From NCBI GenBank assembly GCA_016212885.1, contig JACRDO010000162.1, positions 4,985 through 68,984 of the forward strand: a stretch of DNA of 64,000 nucleotides, written 5' to 3'. Made by a program: the position numbers and the translations under genes. Below the pieces are notes generated by a model. It made no database searches. It had not been told where the DNA came from and saw only the letters and a list, made by a program, of their open reading frames with translations. Positions 1 through 8,502 of the stretch are shown here, piece by piece. How positions within the stretch are numbered: position 1 is the first letter of the stretch; each line of letters starts with the position of its first letter. Source of the stretch: Elusimicrobiota bacterium (lineage in GTDB: Bacteria > Elusimicrobiota > Elusimicrobia > UBA1565).

Positions 1-293
1 CGGTCGAAGCCCTTCAGGTCGACCTGGGTGAAATAGACCTTAAGCGGCGGCAGGAACGGCAGGCGGATGCCCCACCAGCGCTTGGCGGGCTGCCCAGGCC
101 CCAGGAGCCTGAAGCCTCGAGCGCCGAACGCCATGAAGAAGCCCGGGAGGCCGAAGATGAGGCCGAGGAGGAGGATGGCCTGCAGGGCGTCCGGGCCGGG
201 GAATACGATCGGCGTGGCGGTGACCGCTGACAGGCACGCCCCGAACACGCGGACGGGTTTGGGCGCGTATTGAGGCAGATCGAGGGGCTCCAT
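1..293 (-). CDS. Hypothetical membrane protein (runs off left edge)
   Basis: Manual translation from ATG at 293: MEPLDLPQYAPKPVRVFGACLSAVTATPIVFPGPDALQAILLLGLIFGLPGFFMAFG... It is open to the window edge, hydrophobic, and coupled (TGATG) to the upstream mini-ORF. Confidence 0.55.
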   Translation of the reverse strand, partial: MEPLDLPQYAPKPVRVFGACLSAVTATPIVFPGPDALQAILLLGLIFGLPGFFMAFGARGFRLLGPGQPAKRWWGIRLPFLPPLKVYFTQVDLKGFD

Positions 294-403
294 CACGCGA
301 GGCTTTTCCTGTCCACGGCGAAATCCAGGCCGGCGCTGCGGTAGACGGCGAGGATCACGGGGAGGTCGATTTCGGCGGCTTCGCGGATTTGGGGTTTGCG
401 CAT
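293..403 (-). pseudogene. Short ORF resembling a GNAT acetyltransferase N-terminus (fragment)
   Basis: MRKPQIREAAEIDLPVILAVYRSAGLDFAVDRKSLA* (36 aa); IRxAxxxDLPxILxxY is typical of GNAT N-termini. Confidence 0.4.
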
Positions 404-761
404 TAGTTTTCCTCAACGGCTGAATCCGATGTTCGGCGATCCCGCTCAGTCACTTCCCACCTCACCGAAGTGTGATTCCTCCAGTAATAACGCAGAGGAA
501 GATCATGATTGCCAGACTAGCAAAAGACGCACACGATAGGATCGCCGCGAATAGACTTCGCGATTGCACCGCTTTGATGAGCGATGAGAGGCCGAATCCG
601 ATCTCCGCCATTCTTGCTGTTCCTTCTTGGCCGTCATGTCCGTTTTGCCGTGCCCAGTCGTGATAGCTTCAGCTGTTGTTTTCTCTTCGCTGCTTCTTAA
701 GCTGTCCTGTTCCCCTCTTTACCTCCTGGCCTCAGTCGATGGCCACGATTCCGCGCGAGTA

Positions 762-829
762 TATCAACGTGACGCTCTGCTGCCGGCGCAAGCGTGCGAG
801 CGCCGGTCAGCAGAAGCGCGGGGTTAGGT
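762..829 (-). mobile_element. attC-like integron cassette recombination site
   Basis: Minus strand: ACCTAAC (RYYYAAC) ... GCGCT-t-CTGCTG-a-CCGGCGC / GCGCCGG-CAGCAG-AGCGT ... GTTGATA. It is a 68-bp imperfect hairpin with two unpaired bases, just after the toxin stop codon. Confidence 0.75.
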
Positions 830-840
830 GGTGCTACTCA

Positions 841-1146
841 TCATTTTTCTGGCGTCTTGAGTCGGGATTTCCATGAGTCTGGATGTTTGTGGAGATGCAT
901 GACCGCCACGATGAGAATCGTTTCTTTCCTGACTTGGTAAATAATCCCATAGGGAAACCTGTTGGTGCGACATCGACGAGTACGTTCCGATAGTAGAGAC
1001 CAAGCATCCGGATACTGAATAATCCGTCCGAGCGTTCTTTTGACCTCAGCGGCAAATTCATAGCCCAACCCTTCGCTTTGCAGGTTGTAGTAGGTTATGG
1101 CATCGACAAACTCAGCCTCAGCCGGTTGAAGGAAGTCGACATTCAT
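841..1146 (-). CDS. Type II TA toxin, RelE/ParE family
   Basis: 101 aa; AEAEFVDAITYY...RFPYGIIY...IVAVMHLHKHP pattern; ATGA overlap with the antitoxin. Confidence 0.9.
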   Translation of the reverse strand: MNVDFLQPAEAEFVDAITYYNLQSEGLGYEFAAEVKRTLGRIIQYPDAWSLLSERTRRCRTNRFPYGIIYQVRKETILIVAVMHLHKHPDSWKSRLKTPEK

Positions 1147-1376
1147 GGAGTTCTTCGTTTATCGATTTTGTCGAACACCTTACTGGCAGGCGTCGCCTTG
1201 ATTGTCTTTTGATCATAGGCGTTGATACGGGCCTCTGCCTCTTTCTCCCACAAAGCGTCAATGTCCCCCCGTGAAGGGAACTCGAAGCTTGAGAGAATCT
1301 GTTCCACTAGCTCCGCCCGCTCTATAGGGGGCAAGGTCAACGCTCCTTTGAGAACCTTTTTGGCTTCTACCGTCAT
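1143..1376 (-). CDS. Addiction-module antitoxin (TIGR02574-like)
   Basis: ALTLPPIERAELVEQILSS...IDALWEKEAEARI; GGAGGT RBS upstream of the ATG at 1376. Confidence 0.88.
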   Translation of the reverse strand: MTVEAKKVLKGALTLPPIERAELVEQILSSFEFPSRGDIDALWEKEAEARINAYDQKTIKATPASKVFDKIDKRRTP

Positions 1377-1402
1377 CTGTATACCTCCATGTTGCCTTAA
1401 GT

Positions 1403-1411
1403 AGTATAGCA
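1403..1411 (-). promoter_or_regulatory. Extended -10 promoter of the TA cassette
   Basis: Minus strand TG-C-TATACT about 27 nt upstream of the antitoxin ATG, inside the cassette boundary. Confidence 0.5.
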
Positions 1412-1542
1412 ATCCTTTCCCAAGGCCACCTAACGAAGCTGTAGAAAAATGCCGCGGCTTTTCAAATACTCCAGCAGCTCCGGGCAGACGCGGGGATAGA
1501 CGCGCAGGAGGACAGCGACAGCTGGTACGACGATTACTTGAA

Positions 1543-3210
1543 CTACCTGGCCTGCAAGTCCAACCCCGCGGCCTGCATGCCGTCGAAGTGAGCTAGGAGC
1601 CTCTCGAACCTCCGGTCAGAGGCGTTGAGCTTGGCTGCTTTCCGAAGGCATTCGACGGCTTCGTCTTTCCTGCCCTGGATCAGCAGGAACTCCCCCAGCT
1701 CGCCCCACAGCCGGCCGTTGAGCCGGTCCAGAGCGGCCGCGGCTCGCTGAAGCGAGACGGCCTCTTCAATGTCCTTCGGGTCGAGAGAAGAACGGTGGCG
1801 GATGAAATAAGCTTTGGCTAAGCCCCGCCGGGCTTCGACGCAGCGGCGGTCCATGCCCGCGGCGGAACGGAACTCCGCCATCGCGCCTTCCAAGGAGCCT
1901 GAAGCCAGCAGTTCCTCGCCGTGGACGCACTTGCGGCTCGCCAGAAGCGGCGAAACCAGCCAGGGCACAGCCGCCAAGGCCAAAACCGCCAGGAAGACCG
2001 CGGCAGCTTTGGGCGGCTTGAGGCCTGTCTTGATCGTCGGCGCCGCCGCAATGCCCATGAAGGCCGCCGCGGTCAGAAGGTTGACGAGGTATTCCATGCT
2101 CAGGCTGATGAGCCCGTAGGCCAGGAACAGCAGGAGCCCCAGCAGGAAAGGCCACCGGCTTTCGGCCCAGTCCCATCGCGAGCGGATGCGCGCCAACAGC
2201 CAGGCGACGAGCGCCAGCGCGCTCAAGAACCCCAGCAGTCCGGTCTCGGCGAGCAATCCCACGATGGAGCTGTGGGCGTAAAGGGTGTGCTGGACCGCTC
2301 CGGTCTTGTAGGCCAGGTAGGCGCTCGGGAAGTTCCCTGTCCCGACCCCGAGCCACGGATGGTCCGCGAACATCCTCAGCCCGCTCAGCCACCAGGACAG
2401 GCGCGAAAGCGACTCTCCCAGAGGGACCGGCGCGCCGTCCATGTCCATGGCGTGGAGGAGCTTCCAGGCGACCAGGGCGCAGCCTCCGGCGAGAAGAAGA
2501 ACGGCGGCCCCTGCCGCCTGTTTCGGGCGGCTGCGGACACGCTCTGCAAAGCTTCGTGGGCCGGCCAGCAGGGGCAGGCTCAGCACGAGGCAGAGCACAG
2601 CCCAGATGCTGTTGAGCAATAGCAGGCTCAGCAGGACGCAGAGCAGGCCGGAGGCCCAGAACCAGCGGGAGCGTGCGCGCCCTCTGTCCATGACGCGGCT
2701 CAGAAGCGGGGGGAACCAAAAGATCAGGAAGGCCGCAAGCAAGGTCGAGTTGACGAGGGTCCCGGGCGCCTGCGCCGCAAGGAAGTGCACGTGTTCGCAT
2801 CTCTGGCGGAGGATCAGGGGCAGCTCCAGCCAAAAGACCGGCACGACGGCCGAAAGGAATACGTCGGCCGCTTCCTCGGCGCGGAACGCGCTCAGCGCCG
2901 CGAGGAAGACCGCCGAAGCCGCGAGCCAGTCCATCCAGCCCAGCCGCGACTCGGCCGGGTGCACGGAGCCGAAAAACGAGAGGGAGAAAGCTGCCGCGAC
3001 GCCTCCAATGGGGGCCAGGAAATCGGCCGGGAAGTCCCGGCCCGAGGAATATGCGGAGCGCAAGATGAGCCCCGCGAGAATGGCCAGAGCCGCCAGGTAG
3101 ACGAGCGTCGCTGCCCAAAGGTCGTGGGCCCCGCGGGCCAGGGCGGAGAAAGCGACCAACAGTCCGAGGGTCCCGGCGAGGAGGCGGCCGCGGGGATAAG
3201 CTGCGGTCAT
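1543..3210 (-). CDS. O-antigen ligase (Wzy_C)-family membrane protein with C-terminal TPR
   Basis: Many TM segments; R..WW..GLRMFADHPWLGVGTGNF...AHS..GLLAETG..G ligase motif; TPR-like helices at the C-terminus. Start moved to MTAAYP. Confidence 0.85.
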   Translation of the reverse strand: MTAAYPRGRLLAGTLGLLVAFSALARGAHDLWAATLVYLAALAILAGLILRSAYSSGRDFPADFLAPIGGVAAAFSLSFFGSVHPAESRLGWMDWLAASAVFLAALSAFRAEEAADVFLSAVVPVFWLELPLILRQRCEHVHFLAAQAPGTLVNSTLLAAFLIFWFPPLLSRVMDRGRARSRWFWASGLLCVLLSLLLLNSIWAVLCLVLSLPLLAGPRSFAERVRSRPKQAAGAAVLLLAGGCALVAWKLLHAMDMDGAPVPLGESLSRLSWWLSGLRMFADHPWLGVGTGNFPSAYLAYKTGAVQHTLYAHSSIVGLLAETGLLGFLSALALVAWLLARIRSRWDWAESRWPFLLGLLLFLAYGLISLSMEYLVNLLTAAAFMGIAAAPTIKTGLKPPKAAAVFLAVLALAAVPWLVSPLLASRKCVHGEELLASGSLEGAMAEFRSAAGMDRRCVEARRGLAKAYFIRHRSSLDPKDIEEAVSLQRAAAALDRLNGRLWGELGEFLLIQGRKDEAVECLRKAAKLNASDRRFERLLAHFDGMQAAGLDLQAR

Positions 3211-3341
3211 CGCCGGCGCGCGAGGATGGGCCGGCCGCCTTCCCCGCCGCACATGAGGCGCCGGAAGATCGGGCCGGACTCCTGCGGGAATAAAGAGACA
3301 ATTATGGCAGGGATCCTGCTCCTTCGCGCGTTTTTCACACC

Positions 3342-4109
3342 CTAATCGCCACCCCCCAGATTCAGTTTCTTCTCGTAGTATCGGCGGACGGCGGCGCTCA
3401 GCTTTCTCGCCGCGATCGTCGGGCTGTCCGTAGGTTCGAAGAATTCGTGAACCTGCATAGGCTTGTCGAACGAAAAGACCCATTGAGGCCGCCGAGGCGA
3501 GACCTCGCAGAGGCCCTCGCCCTTCATCAGACTCGGGGGATCGCACCGGATCGTGACCGGCAGCATGGGGCAGCCCGCCCGCGCCGCGATCTGGGCGAAG
3601 CCGCGGCTGAACGGGCCCAATCCGCCCCTCGGCGACCGGGTCCCCTCGGGGAAGAGGAGGATCGAGCGCCCGCGTTTGATGCGGAGGACCCCTTCCTCGA
3701 CGATGCCCGCCCCCCCGTCATTCGGCATGTAGCCCGCGGACCGCACGATGCCGCGCATGAAAAAGTTGTTCCAGAGATCCTTCTTGACGACGCAGTCGAC
3801 GCGCGGCATGCAGGAGATGAGGGCGACGACGTCGATGAGGGTGGGGTGGTTCGCTATGACGAGGGCGGGCGCGCAGCCGTTGAGATGCCCCAGGTTCTCG
3901 AAGCGCGGCTTCTCGGTCACGCGCACGAAATGCATGAACCATATGAAGAACCGGAAGGAATGATGAATCGCCCTCTGGATGCGGTCGGCCTTCTGGTCCC
4001 TCGTCCCGGGGAACATCCGGCAGGCCGGGAACACGCCGAAGCTCAGCATCAGGCTGCCTATGCCGAACATCGCGAAGGACAGGACTTTTGCGAAAACTCG
4101 CCAGCCCAT
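3342..4109 (-). CDS. Lysophospholipid acyltransferase (PlsC/ApeD-like)
   Basis: ANHPTLID (HxxxxD) and FPEGTRS motifs. Start uncertain (4109-4187). Confidence 0.9.
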   Translation of the reverse strand: MGWRVFAKVLSFAMFGIGSLMLSFGVFPACRMFPGTRDQKADRIQRAIHHSFRFFIWFMHFVRVTEKPRFENLGHLNGCAPALVIANHPTLIDVVALISCMPRVDCVVKKDLWNNFFMRGIVRSAGYMPNDGGAGIVEEGVLRIKRGRSILLFPEGTRSPRGGLGPFSRGFAQIAARAGCPMLPVTIRCDPPSLMKGEGLCEVSPRRPQWVFSFDKPMQVHEFFEPTDSPTIAARKLSAAVRRYYEKKLNLGGGD

Positions 4110-4270
4110 CTCGAGTCTATCAATCACCTGGGATAGCCAGTCGCCTGATGTCCGGATATCCGCCTCGCTGAAAGCGGATTTTAACATAATTCAAACGCGA
4201 CCGTTCGTCCGCCCGTGGGAGCTTGGGGAGCCGCTAAAAGGGTACAATTATGCCGTCCTCTCGGACCCAA

Positions 4271-5752
4271 ATGCTGGACAAGAACAAGATCCTCCTGGTC
4301 CATCCCCTCGGCTACCGCGCGGATGCCGCGGGCACGGACATATCGCGCCTCGCCAACATCATGCCCCCGCTGGGGCTGGCCAGCATGGCGGCCTATCTCG
4401 GCCAACGGGGGATCCGCGCCGATATAATCGACTGCTACGCGCGGCCGGATTCGGACAGCCGGATCCGCGGCCATCTCCTGGCCGAACAGCCGGCCTTCAT
4501 CGGACTGAGCTGCACCACGTCCAGCTTCCACGACGGCGTGCGCATCGCCGAGTTGGCCCAGCAGGCGCTGCCGGGCATCAAGAACGTTTTCGGCGGGGTG
4601 CATGTCTCCGCCATGAAAGAGCAGGCCCTCCGGGATTTCCCAGCCGTCGATTTCGCCGTGATCGGCGAGGGTGAGGCGACCCTGACGGAGCTGGTCCAAC
4701 GGGGGGCCGACGATCCCGCCGGGATCAAAGGGCTCGTCTACCGGGACGGGGATGCCCGAAACATCCGGTTCACGGGCCACCGGGACGGCGGGATCGCCCT
4801 GGACACCCTCCCCTTCCCGGCTTACGAGAAGCTCCCCGGGTTTCCCGACGCCTATCGGCTCCCCATCTTCAACTACCCGCGGGTCCCCAACACCAGCTGC
4901 ATCTCGAGCCGAGGCTGCCCCTACGCCTGCTCCTATTGCGACCGCTCCGTCTTCCGCCGCGGTTTCCGCTGCAACTCCGCCGAATACCTCTACGCACACC
5001 TGCGCTACCTGAAGGAGCGCTTCGGAATCCGCCATATCAATTTCTACGACGACCAGTTCACCTTCAACCGCGCCCGGGTGGAGGAGTTCGCGGGGCTGAT
5101 GATCGAGCGCCCCTTGGATATGACCTTCAACTGCGCCGCGCGGGCCGAACACATCGACCTGGACATGCTTCGGCTGATGAAGGCGGCCGGCTGCTGGATG
5201 ATGAGCCTGGGCATCGAAAGCGGCGATGAGCGGCTCCTGGCGCAGCACCGCCAGAACGTCCATCTGGACCTCCTGGCCGAGAAGATACGGCTCATCAAGC
5301 AGGCGGGGATCCGGACAAAGGGCCTGCTGATGATCGGACTGCCGGGGGAGACGGAAGGGAGCATCCGCCGGAGCATGGACTACGTGTTCTCGCTGCCCAT
5401 CGACGATTTCAATCTGGCGAAGTTCACCCCTTTCCCCGGCTCGCCGATCTACGAGCATATCCATGAACTGGGGGAGTTCGACGAAGATTGGGAGAAGATG
5501 GACTGCATGCACTTCCTCTTCGTCCCCAAAGGGATGAGCCGCGACCGTCTGGAGGAGCGGTTCAAGGCTTTCTACCGCGCCCACTTCGCGCGGCCGAAGG
5601 TGCTCTGGGGCTATGTCGCCATGCTGTGGCGCTCGCCGGACAGTTGGCTGCGCTTCCTCCGCGGCCTGTCCGGCTTCCTCCGGTACACCCGGACGACCCA
5701 GCGCTACACGGAGTCGCAACCGCGCGTCCGCAGCCTACGGACCAGGCAGTAG
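4271..5752 (+). CDS. B12-binding radical SAM protein (class B methylase-like)
   Basis: PPLGLASMAAYL and GGVHVS in the B12 domain; SRGCPYACSYC; FYDDQF; GIESG. Confidence 0.92.
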   Translation: MLDKNKILLVHPLGYRADAAGTDISRLANIMPPLGLASMAAYLGQRGIRADIIDCYARPDSDSRIRGHLLAEQPAFIGLSCTTSSFHDGVRIAELAQQALPGIKNVFGGVHVSAMKEQALRDFPAVDFAVIGEGEATLTELVQRGADDPAGIKGLVYRDGDARNIRFTGHRDGGIALDTLPFPAYEKLPGFPDAYRLPIFNYPRVPNTSCISSRGCPYACSYCDRSVFRRGFRCNSAEYLYAHLRYLKERFGIRHINFYDDQFTFNRARVEEFAGLMIERPLDMTFNCAARAEHIDLDMLRLMKAAGCWMMSLGIESGDERLLAQHRQNVHLDLLAEKIRLIKQAGIRTKGLLMIGLPGETEGSIRRSMDYVFSLPIDDFNLAKFTPFPGSPIYEHIHELGEFDEDWEKMDCMHFLFVPKGMSRDRLEERFKAFYRAHFARPKVLWGYVAMLWRSPDSWLRFLRGLSGFLRYTRTTQRYTESQPRVRSLRTRQ

Positions 5753-8367
5753 GTGAGGAACGCCGCGAAGGTTCCGACAACCGGCCCGACGACCAGGGCG
5801 CCGAGGAACCACTCCCATAGCCGATGATGGACTTCCCCCAGCAGGGTCTGGCGGTTGAAGTCGGTCCAGAACCTGCCGAAGAGGAAGAGATGGCCCGCCT
5901 CGATGCAAAGGAGCGGCATGAACGGGGCGACGCATACGTTGCTGGCGCCGATCCCTGCGAGCTTGTTTAGGTGGAGCTTGTGGTTCGCGTAGAGGATCGT
6001 CGCCAGGCCGAACGGGATGATGGGAAGCGCGCCGATGCAGATGCCGACCCAGACCGCCGCGGCGAGCTCGCCCGCGCCGGCGTGCTCCTGGCTGATGCGC
6101 CGGAAGAACTGGAGTGGGCTCGTGAACTTGGGCACGATGCTCGTTTTCTCCGCCGCCCCGTACATGCAGCGATGCGGCCAGGGGAGCAGGGGACGGGCCA
6201 CCAGCCATGCATGGAGGCAGCTCAGGCGCAGATTGTCCTTTAGCGGATGGAAGTGGGACGCCCGTCCGTCCCCAGCCGGATAGCAGACTGAGACCGGAGT
6301 CGAGACGACCGGGAGTCCGGCCCACACCGCGCGGACTAAGACCTCCACCTCGAACGGATAGCGCTCGGAGATGAATTCTCCCGAGGTCAGGTATCCGACG
6401 GGATAGAGACGATAGCCGCTCTGTGTGTCCGGGATGGTCTGCCCGCACTCGATCCTGACCCAGAAATTGGAGAAATCCCTTCCGAAAACGCTGGACCGGG
6501 GCGCGTTGCCCGATTCCATGCGCCTGGCGCCGATGATGACGGCGGGCCAGTTGGACGCGGCAATCTCCAGAAGGCGCCGCCCATCGGCGGGGTCGTGCTG
6601 GCCGTCCGCATCGATGGTCAGGATGGCGTCATAACCGAGCTGCTTTGCGGCGGCCGCGCCCGCAAGGATGGCGGCCCCCTTTCCCCGGTTGACCGAGAGC
6701 CGGCGGCGCTCGATGGGAAGGCCGGCCACGGCATCGAGGCTTCCGTCCGTGCTCGCATCATCCACGACCATGACCGGGTACCCCTCGGCCAGAGCCCGTT
6801 CGACGACGCCCCGGACCATCCGGGCATGGTTGTAGACCGGTATCACCAGCAGGGTCTTCGGCGGGAGAGCTCCCGCCTGGGCCGCGCCCGCCGTCCCCGC
6901 CGTCGCCGGGACGGACTCGGGCGCGTGATCGTCCCGGCGGGCCGCCACCTCCAGCAGGATCCCGCCGGAGAACCAGGACTTGAAGAGATGCGTGGTGATC
7001 TCCCGCGGTTCGAACCCGGCGGCCCGCAGCATTGATTCGATCTCCCCGCCGGTGTAGGCCTTCAGCCAGATCCCCTGCCGCATGGCGTTGCCGATCCGCG
7101 CAAACAGCCGGATCAGGGAACGCCGGGCGGTGATGAAATAGAGGGTGCCGCCCGGCTCCACATGCCCGGCCAGGCGCCGGAGCAGGGCGGGGAGGTCAAA
7201 GACGTATTCGAAGCATGAGAAGGCGCAGACTACGGGGAATGTCCCCTCCAGTTCGATGTCTTCCAAGTCCCCGGCGACGGTCTTGATGTTGGAGAGTCCC
7301 GCCGCCGCTGACTTCTGCTGCAGGATGCGGAGCATGTTGCGGGAGATGTCCACGGCCACGATCTCGCGGCAGCGTCGCGCGATCGGAAGCGTGAAGATAC
7401 CCGTGCCGGCGCCCAGCTCCAGGACCCGGTCGGCCCCGGTGAAGAGCTCGGGGACGCGGGCGGTGAACAGCTCCAGCTCCTTGCGCCGCGCGATGGACAC
7501 GCCTGAGTCGAACTGCTCGCGGTCGTAGGCGCCGGCCAAGCCGTCGTAGAATAGTTCCGCCGCGTCCGGGCCCGGCGCCGGCTCGCCCGTCCGCATCACC
7601 TCTTTGCCGATGAGCCGGTCGAGGGGGAGTATCTCCAACCCCTTCGCCCGGAGTCCGGCGAGCAGCGCCGCGAACTCCCCCAGGAGCGCCGCGACGTTGC
7701 CCGTCCGCGGCGGGACGTCGTGAAGCAGAATGATGTCCCCAGGGGCCGCCTTGGCCAGCAGATGGGCTGAGAGTCCGACGACCCGCCGGTTGCCCATGTC
7801 GAAGGCGCGGCAGCTGAAATTGACGCAATAGAGACCCTCCTGGAGCAGGACCCGCCAGAGATGCGGGCTCGTGATTCCTACGGGAGGCCTGAAGGCGCGC
7901 GGCGTGACGCCGAACCGCTTCAATACGCGCTGAGCGGAACTCACCTCCGCCTCCAGGACGGACCTGCCCTTGATCATCAGGAACGGGGAGTGGCTGTAGG
8001 AGTGGTTGCCGATTGAGTGGCCGCGGGCGAGTATGTCCCGCACGATGTCGGGGTAGCGTTCGGCATTGACGCCGGTCATGAAGAAGGTCGCGCGCACGCC
8101 GTGCCTTTCCAGAAGGTCGAGCAGGAGCGGGGTCACCTGCGGATCCGGGCCGTCGTCGAAGGTGAGGGCCACGCCCCGCCGCCCATGACCCCGGGTGATG
8201 ATGGGCAGATAGAAGCTGAATCTCGGAAGGAACGAGGCCAGAAAGGACAGAAGGATGGCCGCCAGCAGCGGCACAAACGCCAGCTTGACGTTGAAGGGGA
8301 GCAGCAGCGCGAAGAGCTGCAGAGCGCCCAGCGCGACGAGATGAGCGGGCGCCAGCGGGCAGATCAT
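5704..8367 (-). CDS. Fusion: polysaccharide deacetylase + class I SAM methyltransferase + GT2 glycosyltransferase + DUF2062-like membrane domain
   Basis: TFDDGP / HSYSH / FRPP / LLHD (NodB motifs); VLELGAGTG; IPVYN, VDDAS, NRGKG, DADGQH, DTQSGYR; hydrophobic C-terminus. Single ORF. Confidence 0.88.
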   Translation of the reverse strand: MICPLAPAHLVALGALQLFALLLPFNVKLAFVPLLAAILLSFLASFLPRFSFYLPIITRGHGRRGVALTFDDGPDPQVTPLLLDLLERHGVRATFFMTGVNAERYPDIVRDILARGHSIGNHSYSHSPFLMIKGRSVLEAEVSSAQRVLKRFGVTPRAFRPPVGITSPHLWRVLLQEGLYCVNFSCRAFDMGNRRVVGLSAHLLAKAAPGDIILLHDVPPRTGNVAALLGEFAALLAGLRAKGLEILPLDRLIGKEVMRTGEPAPGPDAAELFYDGLAGAYDREQFDSGVSIARRKELELFTARVPELFTGADRVLELGAGTGIFTLPIARRCREIVAVDISRNMLRILQQKSAAAGLSNIKTVAGDLEDIELEGTFPVVCAFSCFEYVFDLPALLRRLAGHVEPGGTLYFITARRSLIRLFARIGNAMRQGIWLKAYTGGEIESMLRAAGFEPREITTHLFKSWFSGGILLEVAARRDDHAPESVPATAGTAGAAQAGALPPKTLLVIPVYNHARMVRGVVERALAEGYPVMVVDDASTDGSLDAVAGLPIERRRLSVNRGKGAAILAGAAAAKQLGYDAILTIDADGQHDPADGRRLLEIAASNWPAVIIGARRMESGNAPRSSVFGRDFSNFWVRIECGQTIPDTQSGYRLYPVGYLTSGEFISERYPFEVEVLVRAVWAGLPVVSTPVSVCYPAGDGRASHFHPLKDNLRLSCLHAWLVARPLLPWPHRCMYGAAEKTSIVPKFTSPLQFFRRISQEHAGAGELAAAVWVGICIGALPIIPFGLATILYANHKLHLNKLAGIGASNVCVAPFMPLLCIEAGHLFLFGRFWTDFNRQTLLGEVHHRLWEWFLGALVVGPVVGTFAAFLTYCLVRRLRTRGCDSV

Positions 8368-8502
8368 CGAGCGCCTGCGTTCCTCGCGCCCTCTTGGCCC
8401 GGACCCGACGCTCACTTGGCAAGGATAGCAAAATTCCCGGCCGGGCTTCGTGCTGCTGCCTGCGCCTCTCAGGGCGCCAGGGTCACGGTGACGGAGTTGG
8501 AT

